Positions 1 through 9,914 of a stretch of DNA of 64,000 nucleotides are shown here, in pieces. Source of the stretch: Escherichia phage DCP548; sequence record PQ671645.1; one strand, given 5' to 3'. The position numbers and the translations under genes were made by a program. The notes below the pieces were generated by a model. It was not told the DNA's origin and searched no databases. It saw only the letters and a program-made list of their open reading frames with translations. Every line of letters begins with the position of its first letter. Positions within the stretch are counted from its first letter, which is position 1.

Positions 1-762
1 AATCTTGAGGACGAACAAAACGAGTTCTCAACCAGTTAAATGGGTCTGTATCACGAGCTTTAATACAGTGCTGCATAGGATATCCGTTTAAGGATTTAGC
101 ATCATCAGCTGTAACATCAGTACTATGGAAAATATAGCAAGAGTCACGATAGCTACAATGTGTTGTATACCCTTTACCAGCATTAGAACAGAACTCATTT
201 ACAAGAACTTCAAATATTATATTGTTCTTATTACAAAACTCTGCTGCACGCTTCAGGAAAGAAACTGAACGGTTCTTATGAATTCCACAGCAGACCTTTT
301 TGATATTATATTGGTCGTGCAAGTATTTGATTTGAGTTACAGCATCGACATGTAGAATTGTTGAAACTTCAATCTCAATGTCTTTATTGACTTCACGAAC
401 AATTTCCATAACAACAGGGTTAGCGATAGTAATACGCCATACGCCTATTGACCAAAGATACTGAACATAATCCTGAATAGCTTTCTTCTTCCACTCAACT
501 AGTTCTCTTTTTGAACCAGGATTTATCGTGTTGAGTGTATAGTTAAAGCAAATACCTAATTCGTTACAACGTTTAACGTAATCTTCTAACATCTTTTTGT
601 CAACGTCAGGAAGCCTAAAATCAGGTCTGGCTGCTACAAAAGCCATTTCTCTTGTAGAGCCGTATACTTCATTTATCAAGCTATTAGGATAAGTTTTATT
701 GAGCTCTACGATTTTATCAAGAAGAGCTAAATCAAAATTCGTTCCGATTTTAAAGGTATTCA
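1..762 (-). CDS. U32-family-like protein, N-terminal 254 aa only (C-terminus lies beyond the window start)
   Basis: Minus-strand ORF from ATG at 762 running off the window edge. Motif pattern YTLNT ... EVSTILHVD ... C-x-n-GKGYTTHCSY resembles U32 (YhbU/RlhA/TrhP) proteins by memory. Confidence 0.45.
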
Positions 763-817
763 TTTTTGCATCTCGCGTTAATTGTTGCGATGGTTTTTGC
801 AGGTCTTACTTAAATTA

Positions 818-1219
818 TTATAGATTCGGTTTATATGATTTAAATGTTTCGAATTCGCCTTTATTCATAAGAGCTTTGAATTCGTCAGGACGCATAGCTT
901 TGTCGTCGATAATCCAATCATATACTGGTTTATGTGTTAGCAAATTATGGTACTTCAAGCCAATGTTTGCCAAGTTCTGAATCAGACTTGGGAGAATGTC
1001 AATTGCTATACGGCCAGGACCTACTGACTTCATACCGCGAGCAGTGTAAAGCGTTATTGTATGCCCTGCATCATACAGGGCATTAATGGCAGACACCATT
1101 TCGACGTCTGGTTTGAAGTTCACGTAATCACGATTGTTATTCCACTCTGTTATACAATCATCGACATCAAAACAAAGATTAAGCATGTTTTCTACACGGT
1201 GCATTAGATTCGTTCCCAT
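818..1219 (-). CDS. HAD-superfamily phosphatase (KdsC/GmhB-like sugar-phosphate phosphatase)
   Basis: 133 aa. Motif I CFDVDDCIT (DxD), conserved K, and DD motif (WIIDDKA). Confidence 0.55.
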   Translation of the reverse strand: MGTNLMHRVENMLNLCFDVDDCITEWNNNRDYVNFKPDVEMVSAINALYDAGHTITLYTARGMKSVGPGRIAIDILPSLIQNLANIGLKYHNLLTHKPVYDWIIDDKAMRPDEFKALMNKGEFETFKSYKPNL

Positions 1220-2889
1220 TGATGAGTGATATCGCCACCGATTGGACGATAGGAAACACCAGTTTCTTTATCAGTTAGTACCCATTTACCAGGATTTTTT
1301 GTAATCAGAGTAGCCGTTACAGGTTCTGCTACGTCATAACTAATAGAGCCGTCCTGAAGTACACGGCCCATGTTACGTAATTGCTTAGTCAGAAGTTCCA
1401 TACCTTTATAATATGCGGCTACCGCTTTAAGTGGATTATTCTTGAAATAACCACCTAATGCAATCCAGATAATTGCCACTGCCAAATGATGATACTCGTT
1501 AAACGAACTCATCTTTCCATATTTGTAAACTAATGGATTGATGTTAATAGTCACATTACAAGTTGTTTCATCAATAGTAAATTGCCCCCAGGTCGGATTA
1601 GCATTGAATTCATCATAACCTGAAACAGCATAAAGCACTTTAGCTTCATCATACAATTTTGGCCCATAAATCTTGGTTTCGCCAAAATATCCACGAGGGT
1701 CGATAAACTTGACTTCACCATTATCAGTAATCATAGTATTACTAAAGTTCGGGTCACCATGAATAACAGAGTACTGTCCCTGAGAACGGTTATGATAACG
1801 AATAAGGTGTTCTAAAGCTTGTTTCAGCATTGGCTTCAGACGCCCAATCTTAGTGTAGTTCACATGTGTGATTTTACCAAATGAATCAATCAATGGTTGA
1901 ATACTTTCACAACGATCAATAACTTTCGTATAGAACTCTTTAGTGAAATCACGACGAACAGTTTCAGGACTTACAAAATAAGTGTCTGTGCTGAATTTCA
2001 GTGCGTCTAAAATTGCATCAACAATTTGTGGACGAGCAAGACTTGATTTGGATTTAATATATTCAAATGCCGGCTTACCTTTAATGCGTTCCATTTCAAA
2101 GTTATTTTCATTAACAGAAACTAACTGAGGAACTGAATCTGATTTCACTTTAAGATACCATGAAATCTCATCTTTCTGAAGAGCTCGGCCCTGTTCGGTT
2201 AATGCGAATTTAGTTACAGTTTCTTCACCGATTTCAACTGCATTAAAACTACGATTAAGTTCACGAACTTCATGAGCCTTTTCAAGTTTAGGCATATCAC
2301 CTAAATCAATTAGATTCATAAGCTCTGATTTATTGAATGCGCTGCCGTAAAGGAATTCTACGAAATCACGTCCTTTGCAGTATTCATGAATTTCCTCATC
2401 AGTAGAACCCATATAGAATTCCCAGTCTTTGAACTGATAAATTCCTACAACATTACCACCTGTTGAACCTACGTTAGTGATATTTTCACCGTCGAAATTA
2501 TATCGACATTCGTCACCCTTAACATAGATTGCGTTAACATTCCAAGACCATGAACCAAAATCGGGAATAATATCACACCAGTTAACAATTACATTATGGC
2601 CGTCTAAATCTTTGTGCAATTTAGCAAGAGCATAAGCAGAACCATATGCTTCATCAACTGTACGAATAGTCACATTGAACCCTTCTTGCTCACAATAAGC
2701 TCGAACAGTTTCAGCAAATTTTGAATGAACTACTACAATAATTTCGTCTGCGCCAAGGTCAGAATAAATTGTATACAAATTGCTCAGAATAGTGTCTTGT
2801 TTATAGTTAACAAGCACCTTAGGAATATGATGCGTTATTGGATACAAACGAGTTGCCAGTCCAGCACCAAGAATAACAGCTTTTTTCAT
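1204..2889 (-). CDS. Bifunctional sugar-1-phosphate nucleotidyltransferase (N-terminal) / APH-ChoK-like kinase (C-terminal)
   Basis: 561 aa. N-terminal ILGAGLATRL nucleotidyltransferase signature; C-terminal HGDPNFSNTMI ... IDPRGYFG Brenner-type kinase motif. Confidence 0.6.
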   Translation of the reverse strand: MKKAVILGAGLATRLYPITHHIPKVLVNYKQDTILSNLYTIYSDLGADEIIVVVHSKFAETVRAYCEQEGFNVTIRTVDEAYGSAYALAKLHKDLDGHNVIVNWCDIIPDFGSWSWNVNAIYVKGDECRYNFDGENITNVGSTGGNVVGIYQFKDWEFYMGSTDEEIHEYCKGRDFVEFLYGSAFNKSELMNLIDLGDMPKLEKAHEVRELNRSFNAVEIGEETVTKFALTEQGRALQKDEISWYLKVKSDSVPQLVSVNENNFEMERIKGKPAFEYIKSKSSLARPQIVDAILDALKFSTDTYFVSPETVRRDFTKEFYTKVIDRCESIQPLIDSFGKITHVNYTKIGRLKPMLKQALEHLIRYHNRSQGQYSVIHGDPNFSNTMITDNGEVKFIDPRGYFGETKIYGPKLYDEAKVLYAVSGYDEFNANPTWGQFTIDETTCNVTININPLVYKYGKMSSFNEYHHLAVAIIWIALGGYFKNNPLKAVAAYYKGMELLTKQLRNMGRVLQDGSISYDVAEPVTATLITKNPGKWVLTDKETGVSYRPIGGDITHQWERI

Positions 2890-3070
2890 GTTGTGGTCCT
2901 CATTGGTAAGTAGGAGTATTGTACACTATTCTAGTTAAAGCATTCATACTTTGCTTGTAGTCCAATCATAATCCATCCAATTACAAGTGTTGGAATCATT
3001 ACCGGAGCCGTTAAGCTCCAGTAGATAGTCATGACAAGCATCAATAGTAAAAGTCCTATTGTTATTGCTT

Positions 3071-3706
3071 TCATTGTTCGCCTCGTAACATGGCACCTAG
3101 TGCACCGCCAGGGTGGAACTTAAGGAAATCATTAGAGGTAAATCCACGTTCAGACGAAAGGTTGATAGCAAACGTATCGATAAGCGCTAACAACAATGTA
3201 GTGGACATTGTCGGAGCTAAAGAGTTCTCGTCAACTTCTACAGCGATACCGGTACAGAACGTATAATCAAAAAGAGCTTCGTATTCTTGTGGAATGTCAG
3301 GGTTACAATGCAACAGAATCTGTTTGACGTTCGGACGAATCATTTTAAGATGCTTAGCCACGCCTATCATTTCTTCAGTTTTACCAGAACGACTAATATG
3401 AATCAACACATCATTAGGCGCAATGAATCCTGCATCACCGTGAGAATAATGCCCGGTGTTCAAGTACATACTCGGGATACCGAGTGAAGCAAATGTCTCA
3501 GAAGCTTTAGTTGCGATATTAGCGTTCTTACCAACACCTGTAATAATTACACGACTTTCATAATTACTAAGTCCAGGGCGTCGAAGAGTTTCTAGAATAG
3601 CATTATAACGAGCAGGGTTTTGACTAATTACTTTGGCCATAGCGGCCAAAGAAGAAGCTTGTTTTATGATTGCGTCAATAGCGATAGTAATAGGAGTAGT
3701 TTTCAT
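3071..3706 (-). CDS. D-arabinose-5-phosphate isomerase, SIS domain only (KdsD/GutQ/KpsF-like, no CBS pair)
   Basis: 211 aa. Block-for-block resemblance to the KdsD SIS domain: TFASLGIPS, HGDAGFI, ISRSGKTEE, LAPTMSTT, FHPGGALG. Confidence 0.7.
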   Translation of the reverse strand: MKTTPITIAIDAIIKQASSLAAMAKVISQNPARYNAILETLRRPGLSNYESRVIITGVGKNANIATKASETFASLGIPSMYLNTGHYSHGDAGFIAPNDVLIHISRSGKTEEMIGVAKHLKMIRPNVKQILLHCNPDIPQEYEALFDYTFCTGIAVEVDENSLAPTMSTTLLLALIDTFAINLSSERGFTSNDFLKFHPGGALGAMLRGEQ

Positions 3707-3746
3707 ATTTCTCTCATTTAATTAGTTTACCGTCCATGTCATTATA

Positions 3747-6458
3747 TCAAAAATCGAACATATCGAATAGAGATGCTTTCTTCTCGTAATCGAGTTTCGC
3801 TGCTGATGTGAATCCTTCAAGTGGTTTAATAAATGTCTTCTCAAGGAGAACAGTGTAGTCCATCCAATGAAGTACGTCGTCTTTAATTAAATCTGTGATT
3901 TCAGTACCAGAAGGCCATGCGATACATTTATCACCGAATGGGTTTCCTTCGCGTAAAGGCAGAACATATACTTTTTCACCTTCTACAACTTGCGGTGCAT
4001 CGATATTACCTTTGATAGCCCGGTTATACGTCAGAATTCCACGAATATGGAACGGGCATTTGGGACCAGGGAATCCACCTACATCATATTTAGCAATGTT
4101 ATTCGCAGAAGATACCGACGCGATGCTAATATAATTCAATTGACGGAATTCTTTTTCAAACTCTTTAAAATATTCTTGTAATGATTCTTCACCTTCTTGA
4201 AGCATACGACGAATACATTCTTTAAGAGCTTTCTGTACTGCTTTAGGAGTCGAAGATTTCTGAGTCTCTAGACCCATGATTTTGAGTTTAGGCTCAGCGT
4301 AACGAGTACCTTCCATATCCCACACGTTTAATGCATAACGTTTCTTACCAGTCCAGAATCCACCAATACCTTTAGAACCGAGTGGAGGACCAGCGATAGC
4401 TTCTCGGTCCATGAACATTAAGTGTTGTTTATTGTTCATGTATTCACACATTTCACGGAAACCTCTATCAATAGCTGGTTCCATACGTTCACGTGCAAAC
4501 TTATCTAAGAAGTCTACCCAATGGTTGGTATCACGGAATTTAGATTCACCAACCTTATCGATAATTTTATCAGCAGATACGTAAATAGAGTCTGTATCAC
4601 CATAAAGAACGAAAGCTTCACCTTCTGTGCCACAAACTTCATTCAGATATTCATTAACTTTACGTTCAATCCACTGTAAAGCCATTTGACCAAATGTTGT
4701 GATTGCAGTAGCATTACGCAAATCATAATAACGAAACCAAACGTTGCCAAGTGCACCATAAAGTGAGTTGATAAGCAATTTACGGTTAATTTGGGCAGTC
4801 ATACCTGCAACTTCAGTACGTTGAGCTCTAAACAACATTTCATTAAGAGATTTAGCAGACAACTTTTTAATCTTTTCTTTAATCTCATCGCTGAAGTCGA
4901 AACGATAATCAACATCTAATGGTTCGTCAACAGAAAGATTAGGATTATGCAATGCCTCTTTAATTATTTCACCATTACGTTGAGCTGCAAGCATGTAACC
5001 TTTATGTTCTTTACGTTGATTAAAGACCTTAGTGATTTCAGTTGGAACTACACCATCACGGTCTTTATAATACATCATGCCGTTAGGAGAACAACTGTAC
5101 ACATCAGAAGGACGTTCAGCAACAGCGTTAATATAATCATGCAATGGAGCTACTTTAAACGTTCCTGCTATTGTTTCTGGGCTAATATTCACTTGGCGAA
5201 TAATACTTGGATACAGAGATGTAAGGTCGAAACTCATTACATATTTGTATCGATTTGGAATAGGTTCCTTAACAAAAGCGCCGGGATAAGGTTGAACCGG
5301 GTGAGAACGACCTTGTGGAATCACCTTGTTCTGCTCTTTAAGGCTATTAAAAATAATAGCATCCCATGTTTTAATTGGGCTAAACACAGATTGAATCTGT
5401 ATCTTAGCATAATAACCCATGTCCAAACTCAAGTTGATGAACTGACGCTTAGCATCAATTTGCAATACACGATACACATCGATAATGTTATAAGAAATAT
5501 ATCGTTGGTGATTGCTTTCACGAAGCTTAGAAATAGGGCCGTCATATTTCAGTTTACCAACGTTCAATTCAAATTCTGAAATGTAATCCAGAGAATATGA
5601 CGGCTGATTGGTAAAAGAGAATTTTTTGTAAAGGTCAATGTAATCAAGAACAGAGATACCGAATAATGTAATGATTTCACGAGAACCATACATGTTTTCG
5701 ATAACTTTAACACGAGTTTTACGATGTGGTGATAAACGTTTCGCAGTAGATTCGCCAAAAATATTCTTGATTCGGTTATACACATATGGAATATCAAATG
5801 ACTCAACGTTCCATCCAGTCAAAATGACAGGAGTTTTCTGTTGCCAGAAGTTGAGATATTCCATCAACAATTCTTTTTCGTTATCGAACGGCATATAAAT
5901 GATTTTATCGATAATTTCGGATGGAACTTCATCACCGCCTTGTTCTTGAAGCTTAGCAGCGATTTCAATAGACCATTCTTCTACATTACCATATGGAGAA
6001 TTCAATAGATCAAATACGTAGAACCTGTCGTCAATTGAGTCATAATGGGTGATAGCATCAATCGGATGTTTTGCTTGTGACGGCTCAGGGAACCCATCTG
6101 GAGATGTTACTTCGATGTCGAAGTTAGCCACACGAATTTTTGTATGGTCGTATTTGATTTCATAGTTATAAGTGTCAGACAAATACGCCAATTTGAAATC
6201 GTCCATGCCAAGTGCTTCAAGTCCGATATCTTCCATGCGTTTAATCCATTGTGAGGCATCACGCATATTGGCGAACAACTTACGAGTACACGGCTTACCG
6301 TAGATATCGAAATATTTCGTAGCCTGACTTTCTGGACAATGAGCAAACAGTGATGGTTTATATTCTACTTCACGAGTACGTTCACGGCCGTTAGAATCGA
6401 TGTAACGTTCAAAAATTGAATCACCAATCTGTTCAACCGTTAAGTAAAATTCTTTCAT
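3747..6458 (-). CDS. 43: DNA polymerase (family B)
   Basis: 903 aa; recognisable T4/RB69 gp43 sequence with exonuclease and polymerase motifs (FDIE, YGDTDS). Confidence 0.97.
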   Translation of the reverse strand: MKEFYLTVEQIGDSIFERYIDSNGRERTREVEYKPSLFAHCPESQATKYFDIYGKPCTRKLFANMRDASQWIKRMEDIGLEALGMDDFKLAYLSDTYNYEIKYDHTKIRVANFDIEVTSPDGFPEPSQAKHPIDAITHYDSIDDRFYVFDLLNSPYGNVEEWSIEIAAKLQEQGGDEVPSEIIDKIIYMPFDNEKELLMEYLNFWQQKTPVILTGWNVESFDIPYVYNRIKNIFGESTAKRLSPHRKTRVKVIENMYGSREIITLFGISVLDYIDLYKKFSFTNQPSYSLDYISEFELNVGKLKYDGPISKLRESNHQRYISYNIIDVYRVLQIDAKRQFINLSLDMGYYAKIQIQSVFSPIKTWDAIIFNSLKEQNKVIPQGRSHPVQPYPGAFVKEPIPNRYKYVMSFDLTSLYPSIIRQVNISPETIAGTFKVAPLHDYINAVAERPSDVYSCSPNGMMYYKDRDGVVPTEITKVFNQRKEHKGYMLAAQRNGEIIKEALHNPNLSVDEPLDVDYRFDFSDEIKEKIKKLSAKSLNEMLFRAQRTEVAGMTAQINRKLLINSLYGALGNVWFRYYDLRNATAITTFGQMALQWIERKVNEYLNEVCGTEGEAFVLYGDTDSIYVSADKIIDKVGESKFRDTNHWVDFLDKFARERMEPAIDRGFREMCEYMNNKQHLMFMDREAIAGPPLGSKGIGGFWTGKKRYALNVWDMEGTRYAEPKLKIMGLETQKSSTPKAVQKALKECIRRMLQEGEESLQEYFKEFEKEFRQLNYISIASVSSANNIAKYDVGGFPGPKCPFHIRGILTYNRAIKGNIDAPQVVEGEKVYVLPLREGNPFGDKCIAWPSGTEITDLIKDDVLHWMDYTVLLEKTFIKPLEGFTSAAKLDYEKKASLFDMFDF

Positions 6459-6470
6459 TTAATTTCCTTT

Positions 6471-6486
6471 AGACGAGTTATTGTCT
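6471..6486 (-). promoter_or_regulatory. Putative gene 43 translational operator hairpin (4-bp stem, 8-nt loop AAUAACUC) just 5' of the SD
   Basis: Minus-strand agac-aataactc-gtct followed by aaaggaaattaa-ATG; the loop resembles the T4 gp43 autoregulatory operator as I remember it. Confidence 0.4.
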
Positions 6487-6489
6487 TTT

Positions 6490-6535
6490 GTTTGTTGATG
6501 AACTTATTATACTCCAAATGGGACCGAAGTCCCAT
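6490..6535 (-). promoter_or_regulatory. Early promoter-like -10 (GAGTATAAT) with adjacent 7-bp UUCG-tetraloop hairpin directly after the regA stop
   Basis: Minus strand reads atgggac-TTCG-gtcccat then ttggagTATAATaag upstream of gene 43. Confidence 0.45.
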
Positions 6536-6539
6536 TGCT

Positions 6540-6917
6540 TTAATTACCAATTGTATATTTTGCTTTCAAAGTCCAGTCATCTTTCTGTTTAAAAGAGATA
6601 ACACGGAAGTTATTAGTCAGGCCAAACAGATCTTCACGAGCAGAGTCTTCAATAACAATCAATCCCCAGTCTTCAAGCAACTGAGCAATCGAATCACGTC
6701 GCTGATAGTCTTCACCATCAATATCAACCTGACGTCCGTCCATACGCAGCATTTCTTTAAAGTGGACGATATAGTACTTACCTTGCTTTTGGAGGATATG
6801 ACAAGACTGGTAAAGGACTTTATCCTTGTTATTAGCGATGCCCATACGGGTCAAAGTCTCTTTGACTTTTAGAAAATCTTCAGGGTTCTTCAATTTAATT
6901 TCAATCATTTTTACCAT
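6540..6917 (-). CDS. regA: Translational repressor RegA
   Basis: 125 aa; close match to remembered T4 RegA ([23 protein letters not shown]). Confidence 0.9.
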   Translation of the reverse strand: MVKMIEIKLKNPEDFLKVKETLTRMGIANNKDKVLYQSCHILQKQGKYYIVHFKEMLRMDGRQVDIDGEDYQRRDSIAQLLEDWGLIVIEDSAREDLFGLTNNFRVISFKQKDDWTLKAKYTIGN

Positions 6918-7474
6918 TCCAATGCTAATTTTTTAAATTGTTTTTGTTCTTTCACATTTTTTGTAACTTCTTTGAGAAACTCATCAGTGACCATGGCCTT
7001 CAGTTCTTTAAGGACTATTGGCAACTTGTTATTTTTTTCAAGGAGCCGCTTATACTCGGTAGCATCATTCATGTTGATTGTGTAATGTTTCATCAACAGT
7101 TTGATAACTAGTAACTCTGAAGTGTCTTCGACTAGTTTAGCCCATTTAGAGAATCGACGACCACGCGGAATTGCCGCCATCATATAGTTGAAGTGCGCTT
7201 CATCACTTAATTCAGAACCGACTAAGTTCATCATGTAAACAGCTGGCATACATTCTGGGAACTGGGATAATGAGTTCTCAACCATAAATTTTGAGTAGTC
7301 AACCTGAGCAATTGACATAGATTTCTTTTCATTAATAGCATTAATGATTTTAAAGAATTCATTCTCAGGTTTTTCTTTAAACATATCAGCACATTTTTGA
7401 ATCGCATCAGCGTCATTAGACTTCCATGCAATTTGGTGCTCGTTAAGCTGGACGTCATCATCGAATAAGTTCAT
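6911..7474 (-). CDS. 62: Clamp loader small subunit
   Basis: 187 aa, between regA and 44 as in T4. Confidence 0.85.
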   Translation of the reverse strand: MNLFDDDVQLNEHQIAWKSNDADAIQKCADMFKEKPENEFFKIINAINEKKSMSIAQVDYSKFMVENSLSQFPECMPAVYMMNLVGSELSDEAHFNYMMAAIPRGRRFSKWAKLVEDTSELLVIKLLMKHYTINMNDATEYKRLLEKNNKLPIVLKELKAMVTDEFLKEVTKNVKEQKQFKKLALEW

Positions 7475-7475
7475 A

Positions 7476-8438
7476 TTATTTCCAAGTCAGTTCGCAGGTC
7501 AGTTGAAGAAGCATATACATAACATGTAATTCAATATTACTTGCTAATCCATGAAACTTATTGTTTTCGCCTGCAATTTCATAAAGCGAAATAATACTTT
7601 TACCAGGTGCAACTTGGTCATAACATTCTGAAACTAATTTATCGATGAACCATGAATAATCTGCGGCATATTTTGGAGCTAATGCACGAAGCTGTTTGAT
7701 ATCTTTGTTCTTCATTGCTTCTATGACATCAGAGACTGTGCCACGGTCATTAGTTACGATAGACAAAATACCCGCATCAAGAACACCTTTAGACGAGTAC
7801 TGGTCTAATTGACCGATTGTGCGACGAAAGTCCGGGAAGTTCTTTTTAACAAGAGCTGCAACAACTTTCATATCAACGATTTCGATATTTTCGTTCTTAC
7901 AGATTTCAACCATACGATGAATCATTTTCTTCATCATCGAGATTTTATCTTCTTCGGTTGGACGTCCGAATTCGATAACTCGACAACGACTACGTAATGG
8001 TTCAATAATTCCATCGATGTTGTTAGCAGTAATAACAATAGAGCAGTTACTAGAGAATTCTTCCATAAACGTACGAAGGTGACGTTGTGATTCGGCGAGG
8101 CCACTACGGTCAAATTCATCAATAACAATAACTTTAGGCTTGCCTTCCATTGAGACTGAACGAGCGAATGCGGTTAACGGACCACGCACAAAATCAATCT
8201 TACAATCAGAACCGTTGACAAACATCATTTCGGCATTGATATCATTACATAATGCTTTTGCTACTGTTGTTTTACCTGTGCCAGGAGAAGGAGAGTGCAA
8301 AATAATATGAGGAAGTTTTCCTTTAGATACTAAAGACTTGAATGTTTCATGGTCATACGCAGGCAGAATACATTCGTCAATGGAAGAAGGACGATATTTC
8401 TGTTCTAGAATGTGTTCTTTGGAATTGATAGTAATCAT
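7476..8438 (-). CDS. 44: Clamp loader large subunit (AAA+ ATPase)
   Basis: 320 aa; Walker [11 protein letters not shown]; T4 gp44-like N-terminus. Confidence 0.95.
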   Translation of the reverse strand: MITINSKEHILEQKYRPSSIDECILPAYDHETFKSLVSKGKLPHIILHSPSPGTGKTTVAKALCNDINAEMMFVNGSDCKIDFVRGPLTAFARSVSMEGKPKVIVIDEFDRSGLAESQRHLRTFMEEFSSNCSIVITANNIDGIIEPLRSRCRVIEFGRPTEEDKISMMKKMIHRMVEICKNENIEIVDMKVVAALVKKNFPDFRRTIGQLDQYSSKGVLDAGILSIVTNDRGTVSDVIEAMKNKDIKQLRALAPKYAADYSWFIDKLVSECYDQVAPGKSIISLYEIAGENNKFHGLASNIELHVMYMLLQLTCELTWK

Positions 8439-8513
8439 GTAATTTTCCTCATTATCATTAAACTGGAGGATTTCTCCTCCATAATAGTACTACATTAAAC
8501 GTAAAGCTTTGAC

Positions 8514-9215
8514 TTAGAAGTCGTGAGTAGAATCGGCTTCCATCGCAATAACATAACTTACTTGAGGGCTTTCAAACTTGGCTGCAACTTTATCACCAGC
8601 TCCCCACAACATTACTTTATAGTTACCTGGCTGGATTTTCATATTAGCCATATTGATTACGAAGTTAAAATTGTTAGAACCGTCATAATCGGTAAGAGTC
8701 AAAGAATACTTAGGACGGGTTAGTCCAGAATCTTCAACTTTATTATAGCCATTGATAACAATTTTACCATCTTTATTTGTAATAGCAATTGTATCAATCT
8801 GAAGACCACGTGAAACTCGAAGCAATTGTTGAAGGTCTTCGGCTTTAATTTCAGTAATCACAGAAGCCACTGGGAATTGAATTGGCTTATTAGGAAAAAC
8901 AATGGTGCTCTTGTCAGCGGCAGGCCAATAAACCGTGGAACGTGTATCTGCAATTTTAATATTGCCATCGGTGTGCATTGAAATTTCGGCATCATCAGAC
9001 ACTAGACTCAAAATGCTTAAGAAGCTATTCAAATCATAAAGTGCTACGTCAAAATCAATTTCATCAGAGATATTTGCTTCCGCATAAGTGGTGCCATTAA
9101 CTGCACGAGTCATAATAAATTTACCTTGACTCAGCAGAATGCCGGAGTTAATAGAGGCAAAGTTTTTCAGAATAGCGATAGTATCTTTAGACAGTTTCAT
9201 TTTATTTCCTTTCAA
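8514..9215 (-). CDS. 45: Sliding clamp
   Basis: T4 gp45-like sequence; the likely true start is the internal MKLSKD (about 9200). Confidence 0.93.
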   Translation of the reverse strand: MKGNKMKLSKDTIAILKNFASINSGILLSQGKFIMTRAVNGTTYAEANISDEIDFDVALYDLNSFLSILSLVSDDAEISMHTDGNIKIADTRSTVYWPAADKSTIVFPNKPIQFPVASVITEIKAEDLQQLLRVSRGLQIDTIAITNKDGKIVINGYNKVEDSGLTRPKYSLTLTDYDGSNNFNFVINMANMKIQPGNYKVMLWGAGDKVAAKFESPQVSYVIAMEADSTHDF

Positions 9216-9242
9216 GACAATTCAAAGTTTATAACAAATTTA

Positions 9243-9659
9243 TTATGCAGCAACCATTTGCTTTTTAATAGCTTCAGGCAGTGATTCAATATATTCTGGA
9301 ATTTTAGAAGCAACAATTTCGCCAGCTGCAATTAGCTGTTCGTCGGCATCAACACAGTAGAAATCTTCCAGACGCTCAGAACCATCTTTATCAAGAACGA
9401 TTTTTCCGCCGGCTTCAATAGAATCTTTATAGTGCTTACGCATCAGATGAATCCACATAACAGATACATCGTTATCAATAAAACCATAAATCATAAAACG
9501 AGTTTCTTGTGGCAAAGATTGGAGTTTTTTAGCACTTACGTCATCACAATGCAGGACCCATGCTTTACGAACACGATTATGGTTATGTGGGTTAGCGTCA
9601 GTACGGATAGAAGTAACTTTCAGATCAGCAGCAGTGAAACCTTTAGCAGTAGTAAACAT
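9243..9659 (-). CDS. rpbA: RNA polymerase-binding protein RpbA (by position)
   Basis: 138 aa immediately downstream of 45 as in T4. Confidence 0.55.
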   Translation of the reverse strand: MFTTAKGFTAADLKVTSIRTDANPHNHNRVRKAWVLHCDDVSAKKLQSLPQETRFMIYGFIDNDVSVMWIHLMRKHYKDSIEAGGKIVLDKDGSERLEDFYCVDADEQLIAAGEIVASKIPEYIESLPEAIKKQMVAA

Positions 9660-9671
9660 ATTATTTCTCTC

Positions 9672-9872
9672 TTATTCGTAGAAGTCGGTAACTGTCCATG
9701 CGGAATTGCGATTAGACATTATTTTATTATACTCATCTTTAAAAGCAGATTTGAGCATTTGTTCAGTAACAATATGTTCTTCACCTGAAAACGTATTGGT
9801 CAAAACATATTTTTTAATTTCAGGGACAACGAGAAGATGTTGGCCAGTTGAATACTCCATGTTGTTCTCCAT
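9672..9872 (-). CDS. Hypothetical small protein (45.2 position)
   Basis: 66 aa ORF, tightly packed between rpbA and 46. Confidence 0.4.
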   Translation of the reverse strand: MENNMEYSTGQHLLVVPEIKKYVLTNTFSGEEHIVTEQMLKSAFKDEYNKIMSNRNSAWTVTDFYE

Positions 9873-9914
9873 TTAATTTGATGTGGTCATTATAACCACA
9901 TCGTGTTAAAGCGT

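Noticed and set aside
4947-5579. 210-aa plus-strand ORF inside the DNA polymerase gene
   Set aside because: Entirely antisense to gp43, low-complexity composition and no ribosome site; a by-product of the AT-rich coding strand.
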